Below are positions 37,075-44,521 of a stretch of DNA of 44,521 nt, one piece after another. A model generated the notes under the pieces. It had not been told where the DNA came from and searched no databases. It saw only the letters and a program-made list of their open reading frames with translations. Within the stretch, counting starts at the first letter, position 1. The number at the start of each line of letters is the position of its first letter. Origin of the DNA: Myxococcota bacterium (GTDB taxonomy: Bacteria; Myxococcota_A; UBA796; GCA-2862545); contig JBCCQY010000062.1 in assembly GCA_039208735.1 (NCBI GenBank), positions 1 to 44,521 on the forward strand, read 5' to 3'. A program made the position numbers and the translations under genes.

Positions 37075-37974
37075 ATGGACGAATGCCCATTCTGTGGCCA
37101 GGACATCGACGACGCATTGGCTCGCTTCGGTGGGACTTGCCCGCACTGTTTCACCGAGATCCCCGGTGAGGAGGCGGCGACCGATCCGGGCGCGGCCCCG
37201 GGCCCCGTGCCTGCCGTCTCGGATCGAAGGCTCCCGATTGCGCTCGCAATTGGGGTCGGTGCCTTCGTTGGCCTGTCTTTGATGATGTTGGCCGGCGTGG
37301 GGTGGCGATGGACCCAACGCGCGCAGGCCTCGACCCCCGTGCTTGACTTCGACGCATTGCCCATCCCCGACGTCGTCGAGGTTGACGCGGCTCCTCCCAA
37401 GGGGGCTTCCTCGGCCCCTCGCGTAGCCCGTGCAGATCGGTTCGTCGGAGGCGGCACCGAGGTGGGCGCAGCGTCGGACGCGGCGAACGCCCTGTCGAAT
37501 GCCACTCCGTCGCGTCGGTCATCCACCGGTCCGCGGCGGGTTCGCTCCGATTCCGGTCGAGCGAGCCTGCCGAAGGTCGGCCCATCGCTGGGCGACCTCG
37601 AACGCAGGGGGACCGCGGCCATCGATTTGAGCCTCGGAGGCGGGACCGTCAATCGTGACGACAACGTCGTCCTCGATGATCCCCTGGCCATCCGAATGAT
37701 GATCGGCGACCGACTCCGTCGAGGCATCGCGGAATTGCGCGGGTGCTACGACCGCCGCCTCAAACAGCGTCCTGACCTTTCCGGCCGATGGAAGCTAACG
37801 TTTACCGTGTCCTCCGAGGGCCGTGCTACCGAGGCGAACCTCGTGGGTCTCGATCGGAAGGATGCCAAACTCGAGCGCTGTCTTGAAGACCATGTGCTGC
37901 GCCGATGGGCCTTCGCGCAGGTCTCCGAACCCACGGAAGTGAGCAAGACGCTTACGTTCCACGTGGGCCGCTAG
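37075..37974 (+). CDS. Zinc-ribbon/TM/AgmX-PglI C-terminal domain protein
   Basis: CPFC...CPHC, one TM helix and C-terminal LRGCYDRRLKQRPDLSG...FTVSSEG...LERCL...W.F. Confidence 0.82.
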   Translation: MDECPFCGQDIDDALARFGGTCPHCFTEIPGEEAATDPGAAPGPVPAVSDRRLPIALAIGVGAFVGLSLMMLAGVGWRWTQRAQASTPVLDFDALPIPDVVEVDAAPPKGASSAPRVARADRFVGGGTEVGAASDAANALSNATPSRRSSTGPRRVRSDSGRASLPKVGPSLGDLERRGTAAIDLSLGGGTVNRDDNVVLDDPLAIRMMIGDRLRRGIAELRGCYDRRLKQRPDLSGRWKLTFTVSSEGRATEANLVGLDRKDAKLERCLEDHVLRRWAFAQVSEPTEVSKTLTFHVGR

Positions 37975-38335
37975 GCGACCAGCGTAGGACCAACGCATCG
38001 GTACCATCCGCGTAGTACCCCCGTCGCGCGCCCACCGGTGACCATCCGTGCGTGGCGTAGAGCGAACGCGCAGCGTGGTTGTCCGTCCGGACTTCGAGGA
38101 AGGCCTGTCGGATTCCGTGCTCGGTGAACCGGTCATGGCAGGCTCGGAGCAGTTGCGCTCCGAGACCTTGCCGCCGATGGCTTCGATGCACGACGATGCG
38201 CAGCAATTCACCCTCGTCAGCGACGACCGAAATCAGGGCAAACCCTCGGTCTGCCAAGCCGAGACCGAGGACCGTCGGTCGACCAAGCAAGGAGGCGAAG
38301 GCCTCGACCGACCAGCCGTCGGGTTCCGCGTCCAT
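37952..38335 (-). CDS. rimI: RimI-like GNAT acetyltransferase (start uncertain; homology seems to extend to ~38390)
   Basis: ELLRIVVH..HRRQGLG, LEVRTDN..A..LY...G and RRGYYADG.DALV. Confidence 0.8.
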   Translation of the reverse strand: MDAEPDGWSVEAFASLLGRPTVLGLGLADRGFALISVVADEGELLRIVVHRSHRRQGLGAQLLRACHDRFTEHGIRQAFLEVRTDNHAARSLYATHGWSPVGARRGYYADGTDALVLRWSPSGPRGT

Positions 38336-38373
38336 CGCGGCCAAGGTGGATGCGTCCGAAGCGTCGACGGTGA

Positions 38374-38895
38374 CTACGGCGTGGATGAGGGCACCGGAGG
38401 AACCCGACGAACGCGGGCGATGGTGCGCAGTCGATCCAAGTGCAGCGTTGCCGCATCTTTGAATGCATCCGCGTTGCCCGGGTCCACCAGCAAGTTGCGC
38501 CCCAGGTACCGGTCGACCACCAAGCGTCGCCGAAGGATGACTTCGAGGCGGGCCTCGTCGGCAGAGATGCGGTCGAGAAACGCGCGCCAGGACCGTCGGT
38601 CGGGGAACTGCGCCCGGACCGCCTCGAGGCGTCGGCGGACGTCCTGGCGCGATGGTTCGTACAGCCGCACATCGGACGCAATTGTTCGGACGATCGCGGC
38701 GTCGATGAGCCGATCCTCGGGGGTTCGCCAGGTGGGATCCCAAAAGGGCGTTCCACTGCGGTCAACCTCGGCGAGCACGGCTTCACGCGCGACGTCACTC
38801 ATGAGAACGAGCTGGCCGTCAACATCAGCCACAATCCGATCGACAACCTCCTGGCCGTTCGCCAGAACCATGCCAAGCAGGGCAAGGATGATCAT
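38374..38895 (-). CDS. Secreted protein resembling the SurA N-terminal chaperone domain
   Basis: Signal peptide, then VVDRIVADVDG..V..SDV; ends L..LR..ARV. Confidence 0.7.
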   Translation of the reverse strand: MIILALLGMVLANGQEVVDRIVADVDGQLVLMSDVAREAVLAEVDRSGTPFWDPTWRTPEDRLIDAAIVRTIASDVRLYEPSRQDVRRRLEAVRAQFPDRRSWRAFLDRISADEARLEVILRRRLVVDRYLGRNLLVDPGNADAFKDAATLHLDRLRTIARVRRVPPVPSSTP

Positions 38896-39072
38896 GTCAG
38901 CGCCGTAACCGACCCGTTTCCCTCGATCACCTGCTGGTGCGGGTTATCGGGGGTGTGGCCGATAGTGGAACCCATAGCTGGCAAATCGAGTCCCGATTCG
39001 AGCATGCGCCTCTCGACGCTGCCGACCCGGGTCATTAGGCATCAGACGCATCATTTGCAGGACGACATCGTC

Positions 39073-39687
39073 ATGAAGGGAACGAAGAGCGACCGAGAGC
39101 TACTGCGCACCCGCGTGAAGGACGCGCTAGGCGATCGCACCCAAAAGCAACTCGAGCAAACGCTCGAGGTATCGGGCGGCACGCTCTCGCGCGTCTTCGG
39201 CGGTCGTCGGAACGTCGATGCAGACTTTCTGCGAGCCCTGGCGGATGCGCTGGACGTCGAGGTCCACCGACTGCTTCACGGCACGGACTTCCTGCTGTTG
39301 TTCGACGACGAAGAACTCCCGCGTGAAGCCGGTGAGGTCGATGTTGTGGCCCCCCTTCCCCCCGCTCCTTCGGAGGGGCCAGCTCCGGTCGACAGCCTTC
39401 CGTCTCGCGGAGGTCCCGCGGCCGATGCCGTTCCCGAAGCGGCTGCAGAAGAGCCGGAAGTGGCTTCCGAGCCCGAGCCCGAACTCGAGGCCATCCCGCC
39501 GTCCGAGGTGGTGACGGAACCCACCATGACGGTGGTGGATCCGCCTGAACCTGAACCGGAACCTGCCTCAAGCTCGAAGCCATCCGACGAGACGGATACC
39601 GTGACCGTCGACGATGCTACGCCTTCCGAGCGACCAGGCCTCGGAGGTCGCATTCGTCGGTTCATCGCGAGAATGTTCGGAGGGTAG
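39073..39687 (+). CDS. XRE-family HTH protein with long acidic/Pro-rich tail
   Basis: TQKQLEQTLEVSGGTLSRVFGGRRN...L..LADALDV...LL; start taken as ATG 39073. Confidence 0.78.
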   Translation: MKGTKSDRELLRTRVKDALGDRTQKQLEQTLEVSGGTLSRVFGGRRNVDADFLRALADALDVEVHRLLHGTDFLLLFDDEELPREAGEVDVVAPLPPAPSEGPAPVDSLPSRGGPAADAVPEAAAEEPEVASEPEPELEAIPPSEVVTEPTMTVVDPPEPEPEPASSSKPSDETDTVTVDDATPSERPGLGGRIRRFIARMFGG

Positions 39688-39692
39688 GTCGC

Positions 39693-41213
39693 ATGGTGGT
39701 TGGGGTTGCGTGGGCGGCATTGGTTGGATGCTCGGGAACGCAGCAAGCCGGTTCGGCCCCCGAAGGCGCGGTGACGCTGGTCATTGGGGGACGAACGGAA
39801 GGCGAAATCGAGCCGTGTGGTTGACCCAAGAACCCTCTGGGCGGTCTGCCCAGGCGCAACACCACACTTGCCTCCCTGCCTGCTGAACGCGTTGTTGTCG
39901 ATGTCGGCGCTTCACTGGACCGCCCTGGGCTGGGCGGCGCCACAGGACCCCTCGACCAACGCCGGGTGAAGGCCGAATTGGTCGCTGAGGGCTACGCGAT
40001 GGGGGGCATCGATGCCATGGCTCTTTCCGCGTCCGACTGGGCCCTGGGGGCCGAGTTCGTGCGCGGTCTCATCACGAAGCACGACCTGCCCATCGTTGCG
40101 GCGAACCTCGTGTGTGACGGGGATGCGCCGTTCCCTCCTTCGCGGACCTTGACCGTGAACGGCCGTCGCATTGGAGTGGTTGGCGTGACGGTGGGTCCGG
40201 TCCCGGGGTGTGAGGTGGCCGATCCGTTGCCTGCGGTGGCGAAGGCGGCGGCCGCGCTTGAGAATGTGGATCTGACCGTTGCCCTTCTGCCGATCGTTCA
40301 AGCGCGTGATGTCGCCCAGGCGTTCACGACGCTCGACAAGAAGCTTGACGTGGACCTCGTTGTCGACGCAACGAACCGGTCGCTATCGGCCCAGCCCCAA
40401 CAACGAGCGGGTGCATGGTCGATCTCCGCCGGTTCTCGAGGGCGTCACCTCGGAGTGGCCACGTTGGTCTTTGGCCAAGGTCCCTGGAGTTTTGAACTTG
40501 GGGCGGGCAACAAGCTTGAGGAGCAGCTGGCCCGCTTCAAGGAGCGCAAGGCCGAAGTGGAACGGTTGGCGGCCGACGCCGACGATGCAGCCAAGTCGCG
40601 CTACCAATCACAGATTACGGCCTACGAACGCCGCATCGGAGAGGTTCAGGATCAACTGAAGGCGGGGAGCAACTCCACCAACCGGATTGCCCTCACGTCG
40701 GTTCCGCTCGATCGAACCGTGGCCGATCACCCTGCGACGTTGAAGATCGTGGAGGCGGGAAAGGAGGCGATCACCACCTTAGGCGGAGCCTCCCCCAAGA
40801 CGTTTGTGACGCGCAAGGTGAAGTCAGGACCCTATGCGGGCGGCGAAGTTTGTGCGGGCTGTCACCCGGGCCCTCATGCGCAATGGTCGCGCACGGGTCA
40901 TGCTCGCGCATGGCAGGCTCTGGTCAATGACAATCGTGCCTTCGACGATGCATGCTGGTCTTGCCACGTGACCGGGGCGCGCAAGCCTGGCGGACCGCAG
41001 ACGGTCAAAGAGACGGGGCCGTTCCGCGACGTGCAGTGTGAGGCCTGTCATGGGCCCGGACGGGCGCATGTCGAGAATCCTGCCGAAGTGAAGCCCGTTC
41101 GCGATCCCGGCCCGGCCGTGTGCACCGAGTGCCACGACGGCGTGCGGGATGGCGGACAGTTCGTGTACGAGGACTACCGGCCCAAGGTCGTTCATGAGGA
41201 TGTGGCCAAGTGA
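39693..41213 (+). CDS. Predicted selenoprotein (506 aa): lipoprotein, UshA-like domain with C-G-U motif, coiled coil and tetraheme c554-like cytochrome c
   Basis: ATG 39693 is in frame with the 39966 ORF: MVVGVAWAALVGC...GEIEPCG[TGA 39822-39824]PKNPLGGLPRR...VVVDVG. Four CxxCH motifs: CAGCH, CWSCH, CEACH, CTECH. Confidence 0.85.
39825..39854 (+). promoter_or_regulatory. Bacterial SECIS element
   Basis: Hairpin CTGGGC-GGTCT-GCCCAG (39837-39853). The loop starts 18 nt after the TGA, with G and U at positions 23 and 24 counting from the U of UGA. Confidence 0.8.
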
Positions 41214-42097
41214 GTGCGGTGCGGACCATCACGGCAGTGCCCGGGGTGCGGGCGGCCCATGCCACCGATGAGGACGGCCAAACGGGCGTCACGGTGCTGC
41301 GGTTTGATGAGGGCGCGCGAGGGGCGGTTTGGATCCCGGGTTCAGCGATCGGGTCTCGCGAGCTAAACGTGCTCGCCGCAGGGCATACCGCGACACGGGT
41401 GCACGGGCTGTGTCTGTCGGGAGGCAGCGCGTTTGGGCTCTCCGCCGCCGACGGCGTGATGGCCGCGTTGCTCGCCGATGGGGTGGGCTACCAGACGGAG
41501 TACGGTCAAGTTCCCATCGTGCCTGCGGCGATCTTGTTCGACCTTCACACCGCCTCGGTGCGTCCAGGACCGACGCTGGGCGAGGCAGCCACGCGAGCTG
41601 CGAGCCGCGAGCCGCTTCCCCAAGGCCGGTTTGGGGCGGGACGGGGCGCTCGAGTGGGCATGGCGTCAGGGACACCAGCCCCCGGTGGCGTGGGCTCGGC
41701 CGCAGTGGAGGTTACGCCGTTCACCATCGGTGCTGTGGCGGCCGTCAACGCCCTGGGTTCGATTCGCGATCCCAAGACGGGTACGTGGGTGGCGGGGGGG
41801 CCGGTCGATTGGAACCAAGCTCCCACGCCCGAGCCACGGCAGCAAACCACCCTCGTTGCGGTGGTGACGGACGCTCCGCTCGACCGAGATGCGGCCACGG
41901 TCATTGCGAAGATGGCGAGTGCGGGCATGGCGCGAGCGATCGAACCGGCCTTCTCTCCGTTCGACGGGGATGTGGTGTTCGCATTTTCGACGCGCGAAGG
42001 GCCCCCGGTAGAGCGGCTCCAGCTGTTGCGACTGGGCGCAGCGGCGGCGGATCTCGTGGCCACGGCCATCGTGCGTGGGGTCCAGCCTCCTGCATGA
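41210..42097 (+). CDS. P1/S58 family peptidase (DmpA-like)
   Basis: ITAVPGV...H, LSGGSAFGL.AADGV, VPIVPAAILFDL and FDGDVVFA; GTGA overlap. Confidence 0.9.
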   Translation: MSAVRTITAVPGVRAAHATDEDGQTGVTVLRFDEGARGAVWIPGSAIGSRELNVLAAGHTATRVHGLCLSGGSAFGLSAADGVMAALLADGVGYQTEYGQVPIVPAAILFDLHTASVRPGPTLGEAATRAASREPLPQGRFGAGRGARVGMASGTPAPGGVGSAAVEVTPFTIGAVAAVNALGSIRDPKTGTWVAGGPVDWNQAPTPEPRQQTTLVAVVTDAPLDRDAATVIAKMASAGMARAIEPAFSPFDGDVVFAFSTREGPPVERLQLLRLGAAAADLVATAIVRGVQPPA

Positions 42098-42112
42098 CGT
42101 TACCCCTTGGCG

Positions 42113-43075
42113 ATGCGCGTCTTGGGGATCGAAACGAGTTGCGATGAAACCGCGGCCGCCGTCGTGGGGGCGGACGGCGTGCTTTCGGATGTGGTGCACT
42201 CCCAACTCGAGCACCTACCGTTCGGGGGCGTGGTGCCAGAACTCGCGGCCCGAGCCCACGTTGAGCGGCTTGGCGCGGTGGTGGACCGGGCGCTCGCCGA
42301 GGCGGGGGTCGAACGACCCGATGCGGTGGCGGCTACGGGCGGGCCTGGACTCATTGGAGCCGTGCTCGTGGGCTTTTCGTGGGCCAAGGCGCTGGCGTGG
42401 GCCTGGGACGTTCCCTTTCGCGCGGTGAACCACCTTGAAGGCCATCTGTTGTCGGCACGAATGGAGGACCCCCCGCCGGCGTGGCCTTTCTTGGGGCTGG
42501 TGGTGAGCGGGGGCCACACCACGCTGTACCTGGCCCACGACCTTGGGCGTTACGAGGTTCTCGGCCAGACCGTCGATGACGCCGCAGGTGAGGCGTTCGA
42601 TAAGGTCGCGCGATTGTTGGGTTTGGGGTATCCCGGGGGGCCCCTCATCGATCGGCTCGCAACCACCGGAAATCCTCACGCCGTCGAATTCCCGCGTCCC
42701 AATCCCGGGGGCCTCGACTGGTCGTTTTCGGGTTTGAAGACCGCGGTTCGGCAGCACCTTCAACGACCCGAGCGGGCCTCTGATGCGGACGTGGCAGCGT
42801 CTTTTCAGGCGGCGGTGATCGATTGCTTGGTGGACCGCATTGAGCGCGCCATGGCGCGGACGGGCGTTCGGCGGTTGGCGTTGGCCGGTGGGGTTGCGGC
42901 CAACCGGGGCTTGCGCGAGCGGGTCGCGAAGCTGGGTGTCGACACCTTCATCCCACCGATCCGGCGTTGCACCGACAACGCCGCGATGATCGCGTTTGCC
43001 GGGCGCTGTCACCTGGTGCAGGGGCGTTGCGATGACCTGTCGCGCGGCGCCGAGCCCGCTTGGGCCATCGCGTGA
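42113..43075 (+). CDS. tsaD: tRNA N6-threonylcarbamoyltransferase subunit TsaD
   Basis: VLGIETSCDET, GGVVPELAARAH, VNHLEGH, VSGGHT, DDAAGEAFDK and CTDNAAMIA. Confidence 0.97.
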   Translation: MRVLGIETSCDETAAAVVGADGVLSDVVHSQLEHLPFGGVVPELAARAHVERLGAVVDRALAEAGVERPDAVAATGGPGLIGAVLVGFSWAKALAWAWDVPFRAVNHLEGHLLSARMEDPPPAWPFLGLVVSGGHTTLYLAHDLGRYEVLGQTVDDAAGEAFDKVARLLGLGYPGGPLIDRLATTGNPHAVEFPRPNPGGLDWSFSGLKTAVRQHLQRPERASDADVAASFQAAVIDCLVDRIERAMARTGVRRLALAGGVAANRGLRERVAKLGVDTFIPPIRRCTDNAAMIAFAGRCHLVQGRCDDLSRGAEPAWAIA

Positions 43076-43917
43076 CCGAGCGCGACGACATTCCCGAGGA
43101 TTTGGGGACCCACCCCAAGGCGGAGCTGCGTGCCCTCGAGCAGCGAGCCCGCAAGCGCTTCGGCCAGCACTTCTTGCACGATCCTGGAGTGCCGGCGCGC
43201 ATCGTGCGGGCCGCGCGAGTGGTCGAGGGCGACAAGGTCGTCGAGATCGGTCCGGGGCTCGGCATCCTCACCGGGGCGCTGCTTCGTGCAGGAGCGGACC
43301 TGACCGTCGTGGAACTGGACCGCGACCTGGCGGCGTACCTTCGCGATCGGGTCCCTGGGCTCAAGGTCATCGAGGCAGACGCCCAGAAGGTCGACTGGGA
43401 CGAAGTCTGTGCCCCAGGCACCAAGGTGGTAGCGAACCTACCTTACAACGTAGGCACCCACCTGGTGATGCAGCTGCTTCGACGTCCGGACCGGTTTTTG
43501 TCGATCACGGTGATGCTGCAGCAGGAAGTGGTGCAGCGTTTGCTCGCGGAGCCCGGCACGAAGGCCTACGGGGCATTGTCCGTCGAGGCCCAGGCTCGCA
43601 GCCACGGCACGTTCATCATGCAGGTGGATCCCTCTCGCTTTGTGCCCCCTCCAAAGGTCACATCGGCGGTCGTGCGGCTCGACCTGCTCGACGAGCCTCG
43701 TTTTGGTGAGTTCGATCCCAAGTCCTTTGACCGCGTGGTTCGAGCTGCGTTTTCTCAACGTCGCAAGACGCTACACAACGCACTGGGAGCGTCCTACACA
43801 AAGCCGTTGGCCCTCGCTGCACTCGAGCGGGCTCGGGTGGATCCGCGTTGGCGAGCCGAGCGGCTTACGGTCGAGCAGTTCGTACGTCTGGCAGCCGAGA
43901 TCGACCCATCCGGGTAG
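43072..43917 (+). CDS. rsmA: 16S rRNA m6,2A1518/1519 dimethyltransferase
   Basis: KRFGQHFL, VEIGPGLG.LT, VANLPYNV, F.PPPKV.SAV and F.QRRKTL.N; GTGA overlap with tsaD. Confidence 0.96.
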   Translation: MTERDDIPEDLGTHPKAELRALEQRARKRFGQHFLHDPGVPARIVRAARVVEGDKVVEIGPGLGILTGALLRAGADLTVVELDRDLAAYLRDRVPGLKVIEADAQKVDWDEVCAPGTKVVANLPYNVGTHLVMQLLRRPDRFLSITVMLQQEVVQRLLAEPGTKAYGALSVEAQARSHGTFIMQVDPSRFVPPPKVTSAVVRLDLLDEPRFGEFDPKSFDRVVRAAFSQRRKTLHNALGASYTKPLALAALERARVDPRWRAERLTVEQFVRLAAEIDPSG

Positions 43918-43946
43918 GTTGTGGCCTTGGACTTGGCGAGGACCGC

Positions 43947-44521
43947 ATGCGCATCGTTTCCACCGGAATGACCGACGTTGGTCTCAAGCGTGGACACAAC
44001 GAAGACAACTACCTCATCAACGAAGAACTCAATCTGTTCGTGGTGGCGGATGGCATGGGGGGCCACGCCGGTGGGGAGTACGCTTCGGCCATCGCGGTCA
44101 ACACCGTCGAAGAAGTCGTGACGTCGCTCGAGCTCGAAGGGGTGGCCGGCGAGGACGATGAGACCGATCCCGTCGAGCTGACGCGGCACAAGCTGTCCCA
44201 CGCGATTCGCCTCGCGGGCCGGCGCATCTTCGACAAGGCGCGGCAACAGCCGGGCTACCACGGGATGGGCACGACGGCCGTGGTGCTGTTGGTGCAGGGC
44301 CTCAACGCATTCGTGGCTCACGTGGGCGACTCGCGGCTTTATCGAATGCGCGACGGTGCGGTCGAGCAGATTACCGAAGATCATTCGCTCATCGCCGAAA
44401 AGGTGAAGCACGGCCTCATCACCCCCGAAGAGGCCAAGAACCACCGTATGCGCAATGTGATTACCCGGTCGCGTGGGTGCCAAGAGGAGGGGGGGGTCGA
44501 CCGTCAAGTGCTGGCGGGCCA
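43947..44521 (+). CDS. PP2C-family Ser/Thr protein phosphatase (Stp1/IreP/Pph1-like), 3'-truncated
   Basis: Absent from the ORF track because it has no stop in the window. Translates as MRIVSTGMTDVGLKRGHNEDNY...VVADGMGGHAGGEYAS...GMGTT...AHVGDSRLY...QITEDHS...RNVITRS. Confidence 0.95.
   Translation, partial: MRIVSTGMTDVGLKRGHNEDNYLINEELNLFVVADGMGGHAGGEYASAIAVNTVEEVVTSLELEGVAGEDDETDPVELTRHKLSHAIRLAGRRIFDKARQQPGYHGMGTTAVVLLVQGLNAFVAHVGDSRLYRMRDGAVEQITEDHSLIAEKVKHGLITPEEAKNHRMRNVITRSRGCQEEGGVDRQVLAG

Noticed and set aside
39822..39824. TGA as a nonsense mutation (pseudogene), or GTG 39966 as the real start
   Set aside because: The CxU context, the SECIS-like hairpin in the correct register and the need for the upstream signal peptide favour recoding.
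44470..44521. Odd residues at the end of the PP2C gene (ITRSRGCQEEGGVDR)
   Set aside because: The departures from the family pattern are mostly explainable as changes to G at the sequence end, which suggests low-quality terminal bases rather than biology.

Overview
GC-rich bacterial chromosomal segment, probably from a Myxococcota-like lineage. This is inferred from a myxosortase-like CPBP protease, AgmX/PglI-type proteins, a Pph1-like PP2C phosphatase, Asp-Thr repeat tails and many lipoproteins. About 40 genes are supported, and I found no rRNA, tRNA, CRISPR array or mobile element. In order, the window holds: a 5'-truncated giant Ca-binding repeat/carbohydrate-binding surface protein; a minus-strand block with an ECF sigma/anti-sigma/DUF4097 unit, an M43 protease, an HDAC and TonB; a secreted GH19 hydrolase with a strongly polycationic tail and a small secreted partner; a Liv-type ABC transporter with an acyl-CoA ligase; a lone flagellin; an M16 peptidase; a CDGSH Fe-S protein; two paralogous novel lipoproteins; a catalytically eroded carbamoyltransferase; and a run ending in tsaD-rsmA-PP2C. 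The top finding is a gene the ORF track truncates. 39693..41213 reads through an in-frame TGA in a C-G-U motif followed by a SECIS-like hairpin placed exactly as in E. coli fdhF. It predicts a selenocysteine-containing lipoprotein that fuses a UshA-like domain to a tetraheme cytochrome c. All calls come from motif recognition by eye; no database searches were run.
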